In this document: positions 51,626-62,105 of the stretch, piece after piece
Layout: each line of letters starts with the position of its first letter
Numbering within the stretch: the first letter of the stretch is position 1
Assembly: GCA_937912005.1 (NCBI GenBank)
Contig: CALDOX010000001.1
Coordinates: 85,978-149,977, forward strand
DNA: 64,000 nucleotides
DNA from: an uncultured Alphaproteobacteria bacterium
Lineage (GTDB): Bacteria > Pseudomonadota > Alphaproteobacteria > CAAGCB01 > CAG-977
Reading direction: 5' to 3'
Notes under the pieces: model-generated
The model's database searches: none
Told to the model about the DNA's origin: nothing
Seen by the model: the letters and a program-made list of their open reading frames with translations, nothing else
Position numbers and translations under genes: made by a program

Positions 51626-51844
51626 TTATTTTAAGCAAATATGTTTTGCGGCGTCTTCGTCAGAGGACAATCGGCGCAATGTTTCGCAGTATTCGCACCA
51701 TTCATCCATAGCGTTGGTTAATAACTGCTCAATAAAATCATTTAATCCGACACCTGTTTCGTTGGCCTGTTTTTCCAAAAAAGAGTAAAGCGGCGCGTCT
51801 ATTTTTAAAGAAAGTTTCTTTTGAGCAGGAAATGCGGCTGTCAT
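51626..51844 (-). CDS. Small protein, possible ribbon-helix-helix regulator/antitoxin-like
   Basis: 72 aa. Beta-strand-like LSLKIDAPLYSFL followed by helices. Weak. Confidence 0.3.
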   Translation of the reverse strand: MTAAFPAQKKLSLKIDAPLYSFLEKQANETGVGLNDFIEQLLTNAMDEWCEYCETLRRLSSDEDAAKHICLK

Positions 51845-51941
51845 AACATTTGTCCTTGAATTAACTCGGTTTTAAGTTCTTCAGACCTATGGTTTAATTC
51901 TGTTCTAAGTTTGTTAACAAATAGTAACTCCATATCAGAAG

Positions 51942-53819
51942 ATGACCAAAAAGACAAAAAAAACGGACAAAAAGCGCAGACAATCCGCCGAGTCGGAAAA
52001 AAAACCGAAAGATCGGGAAAAGAATCGGATTTTAAAAGGAATCGGAAACTTTTTTCCGTTTTGGATGCGTCCGTATCTGCTTAGAATCGGAGCGGGTATT
52101 GTCGGAACGTTTTTTTTATATATCGGTTATTGCGCCGCAACGCTGCCGGATATTGAAAAAGCGATTAAAGCATCACGGGCGCCGCAGATTACAATTCTGG
52201 CTTCTGACGGAGAAGAAATCGCTTCTTACGGTTCGCAGCATGGCCGTCCGATTGAATTAAAACGTCTTCCGGCTTATGTGCCGCAGGCTGTGATAGCGAC
52301 CGAAGATAGGCGTTTTTATTCTCATTTCGGCGTGGATTTTCGTTCCGTTCTTCGGGCGGTTACGGTCAATTTGATAAAACGGCGCAAAGCGCAGGGAGCC
52401 AGCACGCTGACACAGCAAGTGGCAAAAAACTTATTTCTTTCTTCCGAAAAAACGCTGCGTCGTAAGGTACAGGAATTGCTTCTTTCTTTTTGGCTGGAAC
52501 ATAAACTGACAAAAGATCAGATTTTGACGATCTATTTGAATCGTGTTTATTTCGGCGCGGGAACTTACGGAATTGAGGCCGCGGCGCAAAAATATTACGG
52601 CGTGAGAGCCCGGCGTTTGAGTTTATATCAATCCGCCGTCCTGGCCGGTTTGCTGAAAGCGCCGACCCGTTATAATCCGCTGACGCATCCGGATCGTGCC
52701 AATCAACGGGCGCAGCAGGTCTTGATTAATATGGTCAAAGCCGGCTTCGTGTCGGCAAAAGACGCTTTGAATGCAGCCGAAACGGGAGCAAAAGCCGGCA
52801 TTGTCCGAGATAAATCCGTTTTTTATTTTACGGATTGGATCGCCGACGAAGCAGAGGCTTATTTGGGCAAAGTCAATCAGGATATTGTCGTTAAAACGAC
52901 TCTTGTTCCGCAAATGCAAACGATTCTGGACGATAAGATTCAGCAAAGTTTGGCTTCCGAAGAAGCTAAAATGAAAAAAGTATCGCAAGCCGCCGGAATT
53001 ATTATGGATTCCAGCGGAGCCGTTTTGGCAATGAACGGCGGCAAGGATTATCGCCAAAGTCAATTCAACCGCGCTGTTGAAGCCAAACGTCAGATCGGTT
53101 CGACAATCAAGCCTTTTGTATATTTGACCGCTTTTGAAAAAGGAGCTTCCGCAGACGATGTGGTTGAAGACCAACCGATTTATTTAAACGGATGGAATCC
53201 GAAAAATTTTAACGGGAAATATTATGGCCGCATTTCTTTGCATGATGCTTTGGTTCATTCGGTGAATACGGTAGCCGTGGCAACGGCAATTAAAACAGGC
53301 GTCCGTTCCGTTTTAAAAACAGCGCGGCGTTTCGGTATTGTCGGTTCGGATTGTGAAGCCAACGGCGCGATCGCTTTGGGGGTTTGTCAGACACGCTTGA
53401 TTGACGCTGTTTCCGCTTATGCCTCTTTATTGAACGGAGGATTCGCCGTAACGCCTTACGGAATTTCTGAAATTACGGGCAAAGACGGCAAAGTTTTTTA
53501 TTCCAGAACAGACGGCGGGCGGGCAAGGCTTGTTCATCCGCGCTATGTGGCGGCGTTGGATTCCGTTTTGATTGATGTTATTCAAAGAGGAACCGGCAAA
53601 AAAGCTAATCCCACTGTTTTGGCAAAAGGGAAAACGGGAACGACGCAAAACTATCGTGACGCGTGGTTCGTCGGTTACACGCAGGATATTGCCGCCGGGA
53701 TCTGGGTCGGCAATGATGATGAAACGCCGATGGATAAAGTTACGGGCGGCAGTTTGCCGGCCGAGATATGGGGCGCAGTTGTTCACGATATTTCTTTGCC
53801 GCCGGAAGAAGAAGATTAA
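51942..53819 (+). CDS. Bifunctional penicillin-binding protein 1A family (glycosyltransferase 51 + transpeptidase)
   Basis: GT51 motif ATEDRRFYSHFGVD. Transpeptidase STIK and KTGTT motifs. Lys-rich N-terminal tail and TM. Confidence 0.85.
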   Translation: MTKKTKKTDKKRRQSAESEKKPKDREKNRILKGIGNFFPFWMRPYLLRIGAGIVGTFFLYIGYCAATLPDIEKAIKASRAPQITILASDGEEIASYGSQHGRPIELKRLPAYVPQAVIATEDRRFYSHFGVDFRSVLRAVTVNLIKRRKAQGASTLTQQVAKNLFLSSEKTLRRKVQELLLSFWLEHKLTKDQILTIYLNRVYFGAGTYGIEAAAQKYYGVRARRLSLYQSAVLAGLLKAPTRYNPLTHPDRANQRAQQVLINMVKAGFVSAKDALNAAETGAKAGIVRDKSVFYFTDWIADEAEAYLGKVNQDIVVKTTLVPQMQTILDDKIQQSLASEEAKMKKVSQAAGIIMDSSGAVLAMNGGKDYRQSQFNRAVEAKRQIGSTIKPFVYLTAFEKGASADDVVEDQPIYLNGWNPKNFNGKYYGRISLHDALVHSVNTVAVATAIKTGVRSVLKTARRFGIVGSDCEANGAIALGVCQTRLIDAVSAYASLLNGGFAVTPYGISEITGKDGKVFYSRTDGGRARLVHPRYVAALDSVLIDVIQRGTGKKANPTVLAKGKTGTTQNYRDAWFVGYTQDIAAGIWVGNDDETPMDKVTGGSLPAEIWGAVVHDISLPPEEED

Positions 53820-55582
53820 TTTGGTTTATAAACCGGGTATCTGCCGGCTAAAACATCGTCGATTGAAGATAAATCTTCGCCGAACAGACTGCGGTAAATC
53901 CAATAATTAGCGGCGACTTTTTTTACAAAACCGCGAGTTTCCCGGGACGGAATGGCTTCAACAAACATAATCGGATCGTTTCGGAAATCTTCGCGCTTTT
54001 TCCATTTAACCGTGTTGCGCGGTCCGCAATTATAGGAAGCGATCATCATCAGCAAATTACCGTCAATCGCCGGATAATTCAAAAGCGTTTTTATCAGCTC
54101 CTGACCGATCATTAAATTGTAAGGAATTTTATGCAGTCGGCTGAGTTGATAGGGCTGCTTTAATTTGCGGGCCATCAGTTTGGCCGTAGCGGGCATCAGC
54201 TGCATAACGCCGCGGGCGCCGGCTTTACTGAACGCTTTATTTTTAAAACAGGATTCCTGACGAACAAACGCGTAAACAAGGGATTTATCTGTTTGCCAGC
54301 CATTAATAGGCGTCCAATTCGGATAAGGATAAAGAGCGTTGTCTCCGTCAGGTGTTTCCACTTGGCCGGATAACGCGGCTAATCGGACGCTTAGGTCCGG
54401 ATATTCGACAATAGATTCCGTGTAAGCCAGCAGTTGTTTTCTTAAACTTTTTTTCTCGGCATAGAGTTTAATCAGCTCTTTTTCAGCAAATTCCATTTGT
54501 CCGATTTGCACTAAAGCAACAGCGCGCCGTCCGGCTGGTTCTGCTAAAATAACTTTCATATCAGGCTTTTCCAAATCGGAATTTTTCCATGAATGATTTA
54601 TCGGCCAGCCGAGAGCTCTTTGCGCTAAAATTCCGTAAAACGAATTTGGGGAAGCTGCCGCGGCCTGTCGTAAGTAAAAAGATACATCCTTGTATTTTTC
54701 TGTTTTCAGCAGTACGCGGGTTGTCCAAAAAGCTGCCGCCGCTTGTTGTGTCGGAATGGCTTTCGGGTGGACGGTCAGCGTTTTAAATGCTTTTTCCGCT
54801 TCTTCCCACTTTTGCAGACGGAAAGCAGTCAGTCCGGCAACCCAATATGCTGTCGGGTTTCGCGATTCCGCGCGTTTCAAAGGTTCTTGAATCGTTTCCC
54901 ATGCTTTTTGATCCTGTCGGTCGATGAAATAAGCGAAAGCCAGCGCCGTTAAAGAATCATCGCGGTCTTTTTGCGACAAATATTTTTTGACCAATCTGTC
55001 GTTTAAATGCAATTTGGCAGCCAAAGTCTTTCCGTTTCGAATGGCTGAAGAAAAGTATAACATAGCTTTGCGCACGTCTTTTTTATATTTTTCCGGAACA
55101 TAGAAAGCCCGTTTGAAGAAAACCAGATCTATCGGATCGGATATTCGTGTGGAAGTACAGGCGCCGGCTGTTATATGTGCCGCCGGGTCGGATGGTTTTT
55201 TAGAAGGCAGAGGCGCTTTTTTTTCGACGGCCAGGGTGTAAACAGATTCGGCAATTGGCAGATCGGCATATTTTTTCAGCCAGTCTCCCAACTGCTTTTT
55301 GGTCGGCTGCGCATTTTCCGCCAGATAAATCTGTGCTAAAGCGTATCCTTTCAGAATATCGTTATCCGCTGTTTTCAATAAAATTTCCGCTTGTGAAATA
55401 TCGCCGTTATCCAAGTCTGAAAAGATTTGAGAATATAATTCCTTGTCCGAAGGAGACAATACTTCCGCATCGGATGAAAGACTTTGCGGCGGAATTAACC
55501 GTATGGTTTCTTCCGCATAACCGGAAAAAACAGGCAAAACCGAACCTGCGAAAACAATCATCGCGAAAAACAGGCGGAACAC
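53816..55582 (-). CDS. slt: Soluble lytic murein transglycosylase (Slt family)
   Basis: Signal peptide, superhelical N-domain, catalytic GARGVMQLMPATA motif. Confidence 0.85.
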   Translation of the reverse strand: MFRLFFAMIVFAGSVLPVFSGYAEETIRLIPPQSLSSDAEVLSPSDKELYSQIFSDLDNGDISQAEILLKTADNDILKGYALAQIYLAENAQPTKKQLGDWLKKYADLPIAESVYTLAVEKKAPLPSKKPSDPAAHITAGACTSTRISDPIDLVFFKRAFYVPEKYKKDVRKAMLYFSSAIRNGKTLAAKLHLNDRLVKKYLSQKDRDDSLTALAFAYFIDRQDQKAWETIQEPLKRAESRNPTAYWVAGLTAFRLQKWEEAEKAFKTLTVHPKAIPTQQAAAAFWTTRVLLKTEKYKDVSFYLRQAAAASPNSFYGILAQRALGWPINHSWKNSDLEKPDMKVILAEPAGRRAVALVQIGQMEFAEKELIKLYAEKKSLRKQLLAYTESIVEYPDLSVRLAALSGQVETPDGDNALYPYPNWTPINGWQTDKSLVYAFVRQESCFKNKAFSKAGARGVMQLMPATAKLMARKLKQPYQLSRLHKIPYNLMIGQELIKTLLNYPAIDGNLLMMIASYNCGPRNTVKWKKREDFRNDPIMFVEAIPSRETRGFVKKVAANYWIYRSLFGEDLSSIDDVLAGRYPVYKPN

Positions 55583-55597
55583 GAGAATTTGCCTTGA

Positions 55598-56344
55598 TTA
55601 TTTTACAACAAGATATTTTGCGCAGTCTTGATCGGTCAAAGGACCGAATTTACATTTTGTAACGCCTATCTTGGGCTTTATGCGGGACATTGCCGGGCAT
55701 TTGGGCGAATAAAAGGCATGGTTGATAACAGTTGATGCATTTGGCGCAAGTTTTGTGACTCCGGCTGCAGAAATCATATCCAGGAGCGTATAAGAAAGGC
55801 TTAATGAGGTAATAGCCGTATCCGTTCGATTTTGGATAACAACCTTCCAGTCACAATTCATCGTTTTTCCCGTTCGATCCCGGTAAGCAAAATCAGCGAT
55901 GTAAAACCAAATTTCTCCTTTGGGCGGGGGAGGCGGAGGAACATTTTGTGCCGCTTGGTTCGTGCCCGTCGCCGATCCTTTTTTTCCTTCCAAAGCGTCA
56001 AACGACGGCAATTCATCATCATCGGAGGAGGCTGTTTCAGGCGCTTGAGGCCGAGGGCGGAAAACGGCTTGAGTCGGTTTTGCCTGCGCAGTCGGAGCTG
56101 TAGTGTTGGAATTTGTTGTATAGGATGTTTTGGCTTTTGGGACAGAATTTCCCGTATAGGGATTCCCTTGCTTTGCTTGAGACGTCGGAGCGGCAGACGG
56201 CTTGGCGGCAGGTTGAGCTGTTTGTGCCGTGTTTTGAGTATATCCCGAAGACGAAGCCGCCGATTTTGAGGTATATTGGGCTTTGGCCGGAACGGATATT
56301 CCGATAAAAACGGCGAAAAGTAGAATTAAACGACCTGGACACAT
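55598..56344 (-). CDS. Secreted protein with an S/T/A/P-rich linker and a conserved C-terminal domain of unknown function
   Basis: Signal peptide. Low-complexity middle. The C-terminal 110 aa are Cys-containing and globular. Confidence 0.4.
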   Translation of the reverse strand: MCPGRLILLFAVFIGISVPAKAQYTSKSAASSSGYTQNTAQTAQPAAKPSAAPTSQAKQGNPYTGNSVPKAKTSYTTNSNTTAPTAQAKPTQAVFRPRPQAPETASSDDDELPSFDALEGKKGSATGTNQAAQNVPPPPPPKGEIWFYIADFAYRDRTGKTMNCDWKVVIQNRTDTAITSLSLSYTLLDMISAAGVTKLAPNASTVINHAFYSPKCPAMSRIKPKIGVTKCKFGPLTDQDCAKYLVVK

Positions 56345-56451
56345 ATCAAGCTCCTCCGAAAATAAGGAAATTTATTTATTCCAGTTTACCTTAAATTATC
56401 CTTTTTTACAGTATAAAAAAAATATTTTATGCATAGAATCGGGAGAGGATT

Positions 56452-57819
56452 ATGAAGAAGTATTTCTTTTGCGGTATCGGCGGCAGCGGAATGAGCCCGT
56501 TGGCATTGACGCTGAAAAATAAAGGACTGAATATCAGCGGTTCGGACAGAGCGCGTGACGCGGGATTTTATGTCGATAAATTTAAAATGTTGGAAAATCA
56601 GGGAGTTCGTTTGTTCGCGCAGGACGGAAGCGGGGTGGATGAACAAACGGACGCTTTAATTGTTTCTTCCGCGGTGGAAGAAACGATTCCCGATGTGATT
56701 AAAGCCCGAGAATTGAACATTCCCGTTTATACTCGCGCTCAAATATTAGCTGATTTTTTGCATGAACATAACGGTATTGCTGTCGGCGGCACCAGCGGAA
56801 AAACAACCACTGCCGGTATGATCGGACATATTTTGAAAGAAGCCGGCGTTGATCCCAGTGTGATTAATGGCGGAGTGATGTTAAATTATGCCGATTCTTT
56901 AGGCGTGGGCAGCGCTATTGTCGGGCAGGGGGCTTTTTGTGTGATTGAAGCTGATGAAAGTGACGGATCCATAGAGCTGTATCATCCGGCGGTTTCGATC
57001 GTTACTTCTCTTTCTTTGGATCACAAACCGATTGAAGAATTAAAAATATTATTCGGCGATTTTGTGGAACGGGCAAGCGTCGGAGCCGTTTTGAATGCGG
57101 ATAATGCGGATACGGCGGCATTAAAAAACAGAAATTCGAATGTGCTTTCTTTTTCCGTTCAAGGCAAAGAGGCTGATTTAAAAGCAATCGATATTGTGCC
57201 GGAAGAAAACGGCGTTCATTTTAAATTAGACGGAGAACAAGTCTTTTTGCCCGTTATCGGCAGACATAATGTGGCCAATGCCCTGGCGGCGATCGCTGCG
57301 GTTGAACTGATCGGAATCACGCGGATGCAAGCGATACAGGCGCTGTCAACATTTAAAGGAATACATCGGCGCCTGGAAAAGGTCGGCGTAACAAAAAAGG
57401 GCATTACGGTTATTGATGATTTTGCTCATAATCCCGAAAAAATAGCCGCTTCCTTAGCTGCTTTGAAAGAATATGACGGACGATTGATTGTTGTTTATCA
57501 GCCGCACGGGTTCAAGCCGACAAAAATGCTGCGCGCCGGTATCGTTGAAGCGTTTGATCGTTTGCTCAGTTTGGATGATACTTTAATTATGCAGGAAATT
57601 TATTATGCCGGCGGAACGGCGCAGAAAGACATTTCCGCTGCGGATTTGGTCAAAGATTTGGAAAAAACCGGCAAAAGAGTCCATTTTATTCCCAACCGCA
57701 AAAAAATTACGGCTTTGATAAAAGGATTGGCTAAGAAAGGAGACAGAATCGTCATTATGGGAGCGCGGGATGAAACTTTAAGCGATTTTGCACATAACAT
57801 TTACGAGGCTGTTTCATGA
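56452..57819 (+). CDS. mpl: UDP-N-acetylmuramate:L-alanyl-gamma-D-glutamyl-meso-DAP ligase (Mpl), or MurC paralogue
   Basis: Mur ligase N-terminus GIGGSGMS...SGSD and the ATP motif GTSGKTTT. Adjacent to ldcA, supporting a recycling role. Confidence 0.55.
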   Translation: MKKYFFCGIGGSGMSPLALTLKNKGLNISGSDRARDAGFYVDKFKMLENQGVRLFAQDGSGVDEQTDALIVSSAVEETIPDVIKARELNIPVYTRAQILADFLHEHNGIAVGGTSGKTTTAGMIGHILKEAGVDPSVINGGVMLNYADSLGVGSAIVGQGAFCVIEADESDGSIELYHPAVSIVTSLSLDHKPIEELKILFGDFVERASVGAVLNADNADTAALKNRNSNVLSFSVQGKEADLKAIDIVPEENGVHFKLDGEQVFLPVIGRHNVANALAAIAAVELIGITRMQAIQALSTFKGIHRRLEKVGVTKKGITVIDDFAHNPEKIAASLAALKEYDGRLIVVYQPHGFKPTKMLRAGIVEAFDRLLSLDDTLIMQEIYYAGGTAQKDISAADLVKDLEKTGKRVHFIPNRKKITALIKGLAKKGDRIVIMGARDETLSDFAHNIYEAVS

Positions 57820-58694
57820 AAACGATCGGAGTATTGACGTCTTCCAGTTCCGTACCGCGAAAAGATTTGGCTGAAGGTATGGAATATTGGAAAAAACAGG
57901 GCTATACGGTTAAAGAATCATCACATCTGTATGAAAAAAGACGCTTTATTGCCGGTTCCGATGAAGAAAGAGCGGAAGACTTGCATACTTTTTTTTCGGA
58001 TGATGAAATTGATCTCATAATCGAAGCGGGCGGCGGAGACGGTTCTTCCCGTTTGTTAAGAAAAATTGACTACGATTTAATTTCCCGTCACAAAAAACCG
58101 TTTGTCGGACTAAGCGATATAACGGCGTTGCAATTGGCGTTATTGGCAAAAGCGAATTTGATTTCTTTTACGGGATATTTGATGAAGTCGAGATTCGGAC
58201 GAGCGATTGTCCCTTATACGGAACAGTCGCTGCGGGATTGTTTGGCCGGAAAAGATCAGGTCGTTTCGGGACTTGAAACAGACGATCGGGGAAAAACGAT
58301 CAAAGGGCGTCTGATCGGCGGTTGTTTAACGCTGGTCGCAAATGTATTGGGTACGCCGTATTTTCCCGATCCGACAGGAAGTATTTTAATTTTGGAAGAT
58401 GTGTCCGAAGAACCGTATGCGATTGACAGAATGCTGACCCAGTTGGAAAATGCCGGCGTTTTTGATCGGGCGGCCGCTGTCGTTTTCGGCGTGTTTCGTG
58501 ACTGCAAGTCAAAAAATCCAGAGGATGGAACAATAGACGATGTTTTAAACGAATGGAAGACGCGTATTAAAATTCCCGTTTTTTCAGGGCTTCCCTACGG
58601 GCATCAGGCGGGCTCTCTCGTTTGGCCGATCGGAGGAACAGGAATTTTGGAATCGGAACAACTGCTGATTAAAGGAGTATGTTTTAATGATTGA
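57816..58694 (+). CDS. ldcA: LD-carboxypeptidase (muramoyltetrapeptide carboxypeptidase, S66 family)
   Basis: GLSDITAL (Ser nucleophile context) and C-terminal conserved blocks. ATGA overlap with mpl. Confidence 0.8.
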   Translation: MKTIGVLTSSSSVPRKDLAEGMEYWKKQGYTVKESSHLYEKRRFIAGSDEERAEDLHTFFSDDEIDLIIEAGGGDGSSRLLRKIDYDLISRHKKPFVGLSDITALQLALLAKANLISFTGYLMKSRFGRAIVPYTEQSLRDCLAGKDQVVSGLETDDRGKTIKGRLIGGCLTLVANVLGTPYFPDPTGSILILEDVSEEPYAIDRMLTQLENAGVFDRAAAVVFGVFRDCKSKNPEDGTIDDVLNEWKTRIKIPVFSGLPYGHQAGSLVWPIGGTGILESEQLLIKGVCFND

Positions 58695-60984
58695 ACTGCT
58701 TGCTCCCGCCGGCCAGATTGAATCGGGATATGCGGCTTTTTCTTATGGCGCAGATGCTGTTTATTTAGGGTTGACGCGTTTTTCTGCTCGTGCCGAGGCC
58801 GAAAATTTTACGCCGGAAGCTCTTGTCGGATTTGTCCGTTACGCGCACGGTTTAAAGAAAAGGGTTTTAGTTGCGGTTAATACGGTTTTTTTTGAAGACG
58901 AAAAAGCAGATTTGATCGAAACATTGCAAAGTGTCCGCACAGCCGAAGCCGACGGGGTCATTGTTCAGGACTTGGGAACGGCGCGGCTGATTAAAAAATA
59001 TTTTCCGGAGCTGCGTCTGCACGCCAGTACCCAACTTGCCGTTCATAATCGTGACGGTGTGGAATTTTTGCGGGATATGGGGTTTAAGCGCGTCGTATTG
59101 GCGCGGGAACTGACGCTTGAAGAAATTAAGGATATTTGCCGTGTGCCCGGAATTGAAAAAGAGGTCTTTATTCATGGGGCGTTGTGTTATTGCTACAGCG
59201 GACTGTGTCTGTTTTCCTCGATTTATGCGGGACGCAGTGCGAACAGAGGCAAATGTGTCTATCCGTGTCGCGAAAACTTTTATATTGAAGGGCGGAACAA
59301 ACACGTTTTTTCAATGAAGGATATGGCGCAAAACGAAAATGTTTTGTTGCTTGAACAGGCCGGCGTCAACGCTTTGAAAATTGAAGGACGCAAAAAAAGT
59401 CCGTTATATGTGGCGGCGGTGACCGATTATTACCGTTCGATTTTGGACGGAGAAAAAAACAAAGCGGTTTTGCAGGAAAAACGCAATAAGATCAGCTGCA
59501 TTTTCAGTCGTCCGACGACGGAATTTTTTCTGAAAAACCGTAAAAATTATAATGTGGTTGATACGGATATTGTCGGACACAGAGGGCTTGCCTTAGGGCA
59601 AGTCAAGGCATGCACAGTTCATGGCGGCAATCGGTTCATCAGTTTTAAAACTGCGGCGGCGGTCGGCCGATATGACGGAATTCAAATCGATTTGCCCAAA
59701 GAAGAACGTCCGTTCGGCTTTTCGGCGGAAACGCTTCGAATAAACGGAAAAAATGTTTTTGAAGCCGGAGCCGGGCAAACAATAGAAATTGCTTTGCCGG
59801 AAAATGCGCCGTTTATTCCTGTCGGCGCAGCGGTTTATTTGTCGTCTTCCAATGCGGTTAAAAGTGCCTTCCCTTATTCTAAACCTAAAGAAACGGAACC
59901 ATTTATCGGAAAAATAAATGTAACGGTTGAAATTGAGGATCATCGCATTACGGCTTCCGCTATAGGGCAAACCGTGTCCGCGGAGGGAGATTTTTCATTG
60001 GCAAAATCTGTCGATACGGTTGAGAATGCTGTTAAAAAAGCGTTTGAAAAAACAGGCGGAACAGGGTTGTTTTTGGAATCTGTAAAAATTCGGAATCCGA
60101 ATAAATTATTTGTTCCTTTGTCGGTTTTAAATGATTTGCGCCGCCGTTTGTATGAACATGCGGGACAATCGTTGTTAAAATCAGGCATAGAACAAAAAAC
60201 GACGGAAAAGGAATTTATTTTAAAGCGCGAAGCTGTCGGGACAACGCAGACAAAACCCGAGAAAACGTTAAGCGTTAAAACGGATGACGAAGCTTTTTTC
60301 AAAACATTGATTGAATCAAAAGACATACCGCTTGATGAAGTCGTTTTTTTGCTTTCGCCGAAAACGGATTTAAATGTGTTTGATCTGAAAGAGTCTGGTA
60401 AAATCAGGTTTGCTTTGCCGACTGTGGCGCGGTCATGGGAAATATCGGCTTTAAAGCAAAAAATTGAAATGTTGACGGCAGCCGGATTTCAAAAATTTGA
60501 AATTGCCAATGTTTGGGGATTAAACGCGCTGAAAAATAAAAAAGTCGATTTTTCTTGTGATTGGCCGGTTTACGTCGCAAATCTGTCCGCAGCGCACGCT
60601 GTTTTGGAAACGGGAGCGTCTTCTTTTATCGTGTCGCCCGAAACGCCCGAACCCGATGAATTGTTTAAAGCTTTTCCGTTTCAGGCAACAGCCCTGATTT
60701 ATCAGGATCCTCCTTTGTTTATTTCCGAAGTCTGCCCGTATGCGGCATTGGAAAGCAAGTGTCGGCAATGCGGCGGAAACCGTTCAGAGCTTGTTGCTTC
60801 ACGCTATGGTACGTTTGTTTCCGTGATGAAAAATTGCCGCCATTTTTTGCTGGGCGAGAATCCGCGAATAAAAAAACGGGAAATGCTCTCGGAAGGGGCC
60901 TGTCGGCTGCGCGCGGAGTTTTTATATCGCCTTGAAAAACCGGAAGAGCGGCTGAATACATTGAAGAGGCTGATAAAAATGTAA
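58687..60984 (+). CDS. U32-family peptidase (collagenase-like), long form
   Basis: N-terminal MIELLAPAG...GADAVY U32 signature. 765 aa. Confidence 0.75.
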   Translation: MIELLAPAGQIESGYAAFSYGADAVYLGLTRFSARAEAENFTPEALVGFVRYAHGLKKRVLVAVNTVFFEDEKADLIETLQSVRTAEADGVIVQDLGTARLIKKYFPELRLHASTQLAVHNRDGVEFLRDMGFKRVVLARELTLEEIKDICRVPGIEKEVFIHGALCYCYSGLCLFSSIYAGRSANRGKCVYPCRENFYIEGRNKHVFSMKDMAQNENVLLLEQAGVNALKIEGRKKSPLYVAAVTDYYRSILDGEKNKAVLQEKRNKISCIFSRPTTEFFLKNRKNYNVVDTDIVGHRGLALGQVKACTVHGGNRFISFKTAAAVGRYDGIQIDLPKEERPFGFSAETLRINGKNVFEAGAGQTIEIALPENAPFIPVGAAVYLSSSNAVKSAFPYSKPKETEPFIGKINVTVEIEDHRITASAIGQTVSAEGDFSLAKSVDTVENAVKKAFEKTGGTGLFLESVKIRNPNKLFVPLSVLNDLRRRLYEHAGQSLLKSGIEQKTTEKEFILKREAVGTTQTKPEKTLSVKTDDEAFFKTLIESKDIPLDEVVFLLSPKTDLNVFDLKESGKIRFALPTVARSWEISALKQKIEMLTAAGFQKFEIANVWGLNALKNKKVDFSCDWPVYVANLSAAHAVLETGASSFIVSPETPEPDELFKAFPFQATALIYQDPPLFISEVCPYAALESKCRQCGGNRSELVASRYGTFVSVMKNCRHFLLGENPRIKKREMLSEGACRLRAEFLYRLEKPEERLNTLKRLIKM

Positions 60985-61076
60985 GTTTTATTTGAATTTT
61001 TTTGCTTCTTGTTTTAAAATAATTAACCGTTTCAGCAGAAACGCGCCATTCAAAGAAAAGGAAAAGCGTAAGAAAA

Positions 61077-61328
61077 ATGCAAAAATCTCCTGTACAGCCT
61101 AATGATGTCTATCAAAAAGCCAGCGGTTTGTCTTCCAAGTGGTTGGTGGAACGGATTATTGAATTTCCCGATTTGCCGCTGCATGTCCGTTTGAATGAAC
61201 AAGGCGGTAATGAAAGAACGGTTACCGTCGCTTTATCGGCTTTGTTGGATCCGCGTCAATGGAAACTGGTTAAAACGGCTGAACCGCAGGAAGAAGAACC
61301 TGTTTCGGAAAAACAAACAGAAGTTTAA
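61077..61328 (+). CDS. Hypothetical small protein, 83 aa
   Basis: ORF only. Weak. Confidence 0.3.
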   Translation: MQKSPVQPNDVYQKASGLSSKWLVERIIEFPDLPLHVRLNEQGGNERTVTVALSALLDPRQWKLVKTAEPQEEEPVSEKQTEV

Positions 61329-61341
61329 AAGTCGTTTTTTG

Positions 61342-61890
61342 TTACCAATAATAAAGCGGATATTCTGCTTCCGCACGATAGTATGAGCCGTCGCCGTCCG
61401 TTCGTGGATGGCTGGAATATAACGTAAAATGATCTATGTGAAATTCGTCTGAACGGAACAGATTGTTATATTCCAAGAACTTGTGCACGTCTTCAACGCT
61501 TGAGCCGTTCAGCTTGGCCAAAGTGCAGTGGGCGTGAAATTTGTGTTTATCCGGTGGCAGGCGGTTTCGGGAAACAATGCTTTCAATTTTGTCATGCAAA
61601 AAATCAAGCGCCTGGTAATTGCAAACGCCTGCCCATAAATGCCGCATCTGCATACCGTTGGCAAAAAAGCCGACTTGCGCCATCTGCAAATCAAAAGCCG
61701 GAGCGCGCATTTGCATAAAATCATCATGCAGATCGTTTGCGATATCCTCATCAATATTGCCGATAAAACGTAAAGTAATATGCAAATTATCACGTTCCAC
61801 CCATTTGGCGTTCGGAACGCCGCCGCGCAAAGAATAGAGCTGGTCTTTGATGTTTTCGGGCAGTTCAATGCCGGCAAAAAGGCGTATCAT
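61342..61890 (-). CDS. thpR: RNA 2',3'-cyclic phosphodiesterase / 2'-5' RNA ligase family (ThpR/LigT)
   Basis: Two HxT/SxR-type motifs (HITLRF and HCTLAK). MIRLFAGIELP start. Confidence 0.75.
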   Translation of the reverse strand: MIRLFAGIELPENIKDQLYSLRGGVPNAKWVERDNLHITLRFIGNIDEDIANDLHDDFMQMRAPAFDLQMAQVGFFANGMQMRHLWAGVCNYQALDFLHDKIESIVSRNRLPPDKHKFHAHCTLAKLNGSSVEDVHKFLEYNNLFRSDEFHIDHFTLYSSHPRTDGDGSYYRAEAEYPLYYW

Positions 61891-62105
61891 AAACGTTGTC
61901 TCCCTGCTGTTTTGTTTGAGATTCAGAATAAAATAAAAGATTTAAAAAATTCTTGCGGTAATCAGGAATGTAAAAGTTTATGGATAAGAAACGGAGATGT
62001 GTCCGGAAAACGTTTCGTAAACGGTGCGTTTTTTTTACAGCCGGAGCGCGTTTTGACATAGATGAAATCATTTTTATAACAAATCGTTCAAGTAGAACTG
62101 GCTAA

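Noticed and set aside
61780-62061. A 93-aa plus-strand ORF spanning the thpR start and intergenic region
   Set aside because: It overlaps the thpR coding sequence on the opposite strand and continues through a terminator-like hairpin. It has no RBS or conservation signal.
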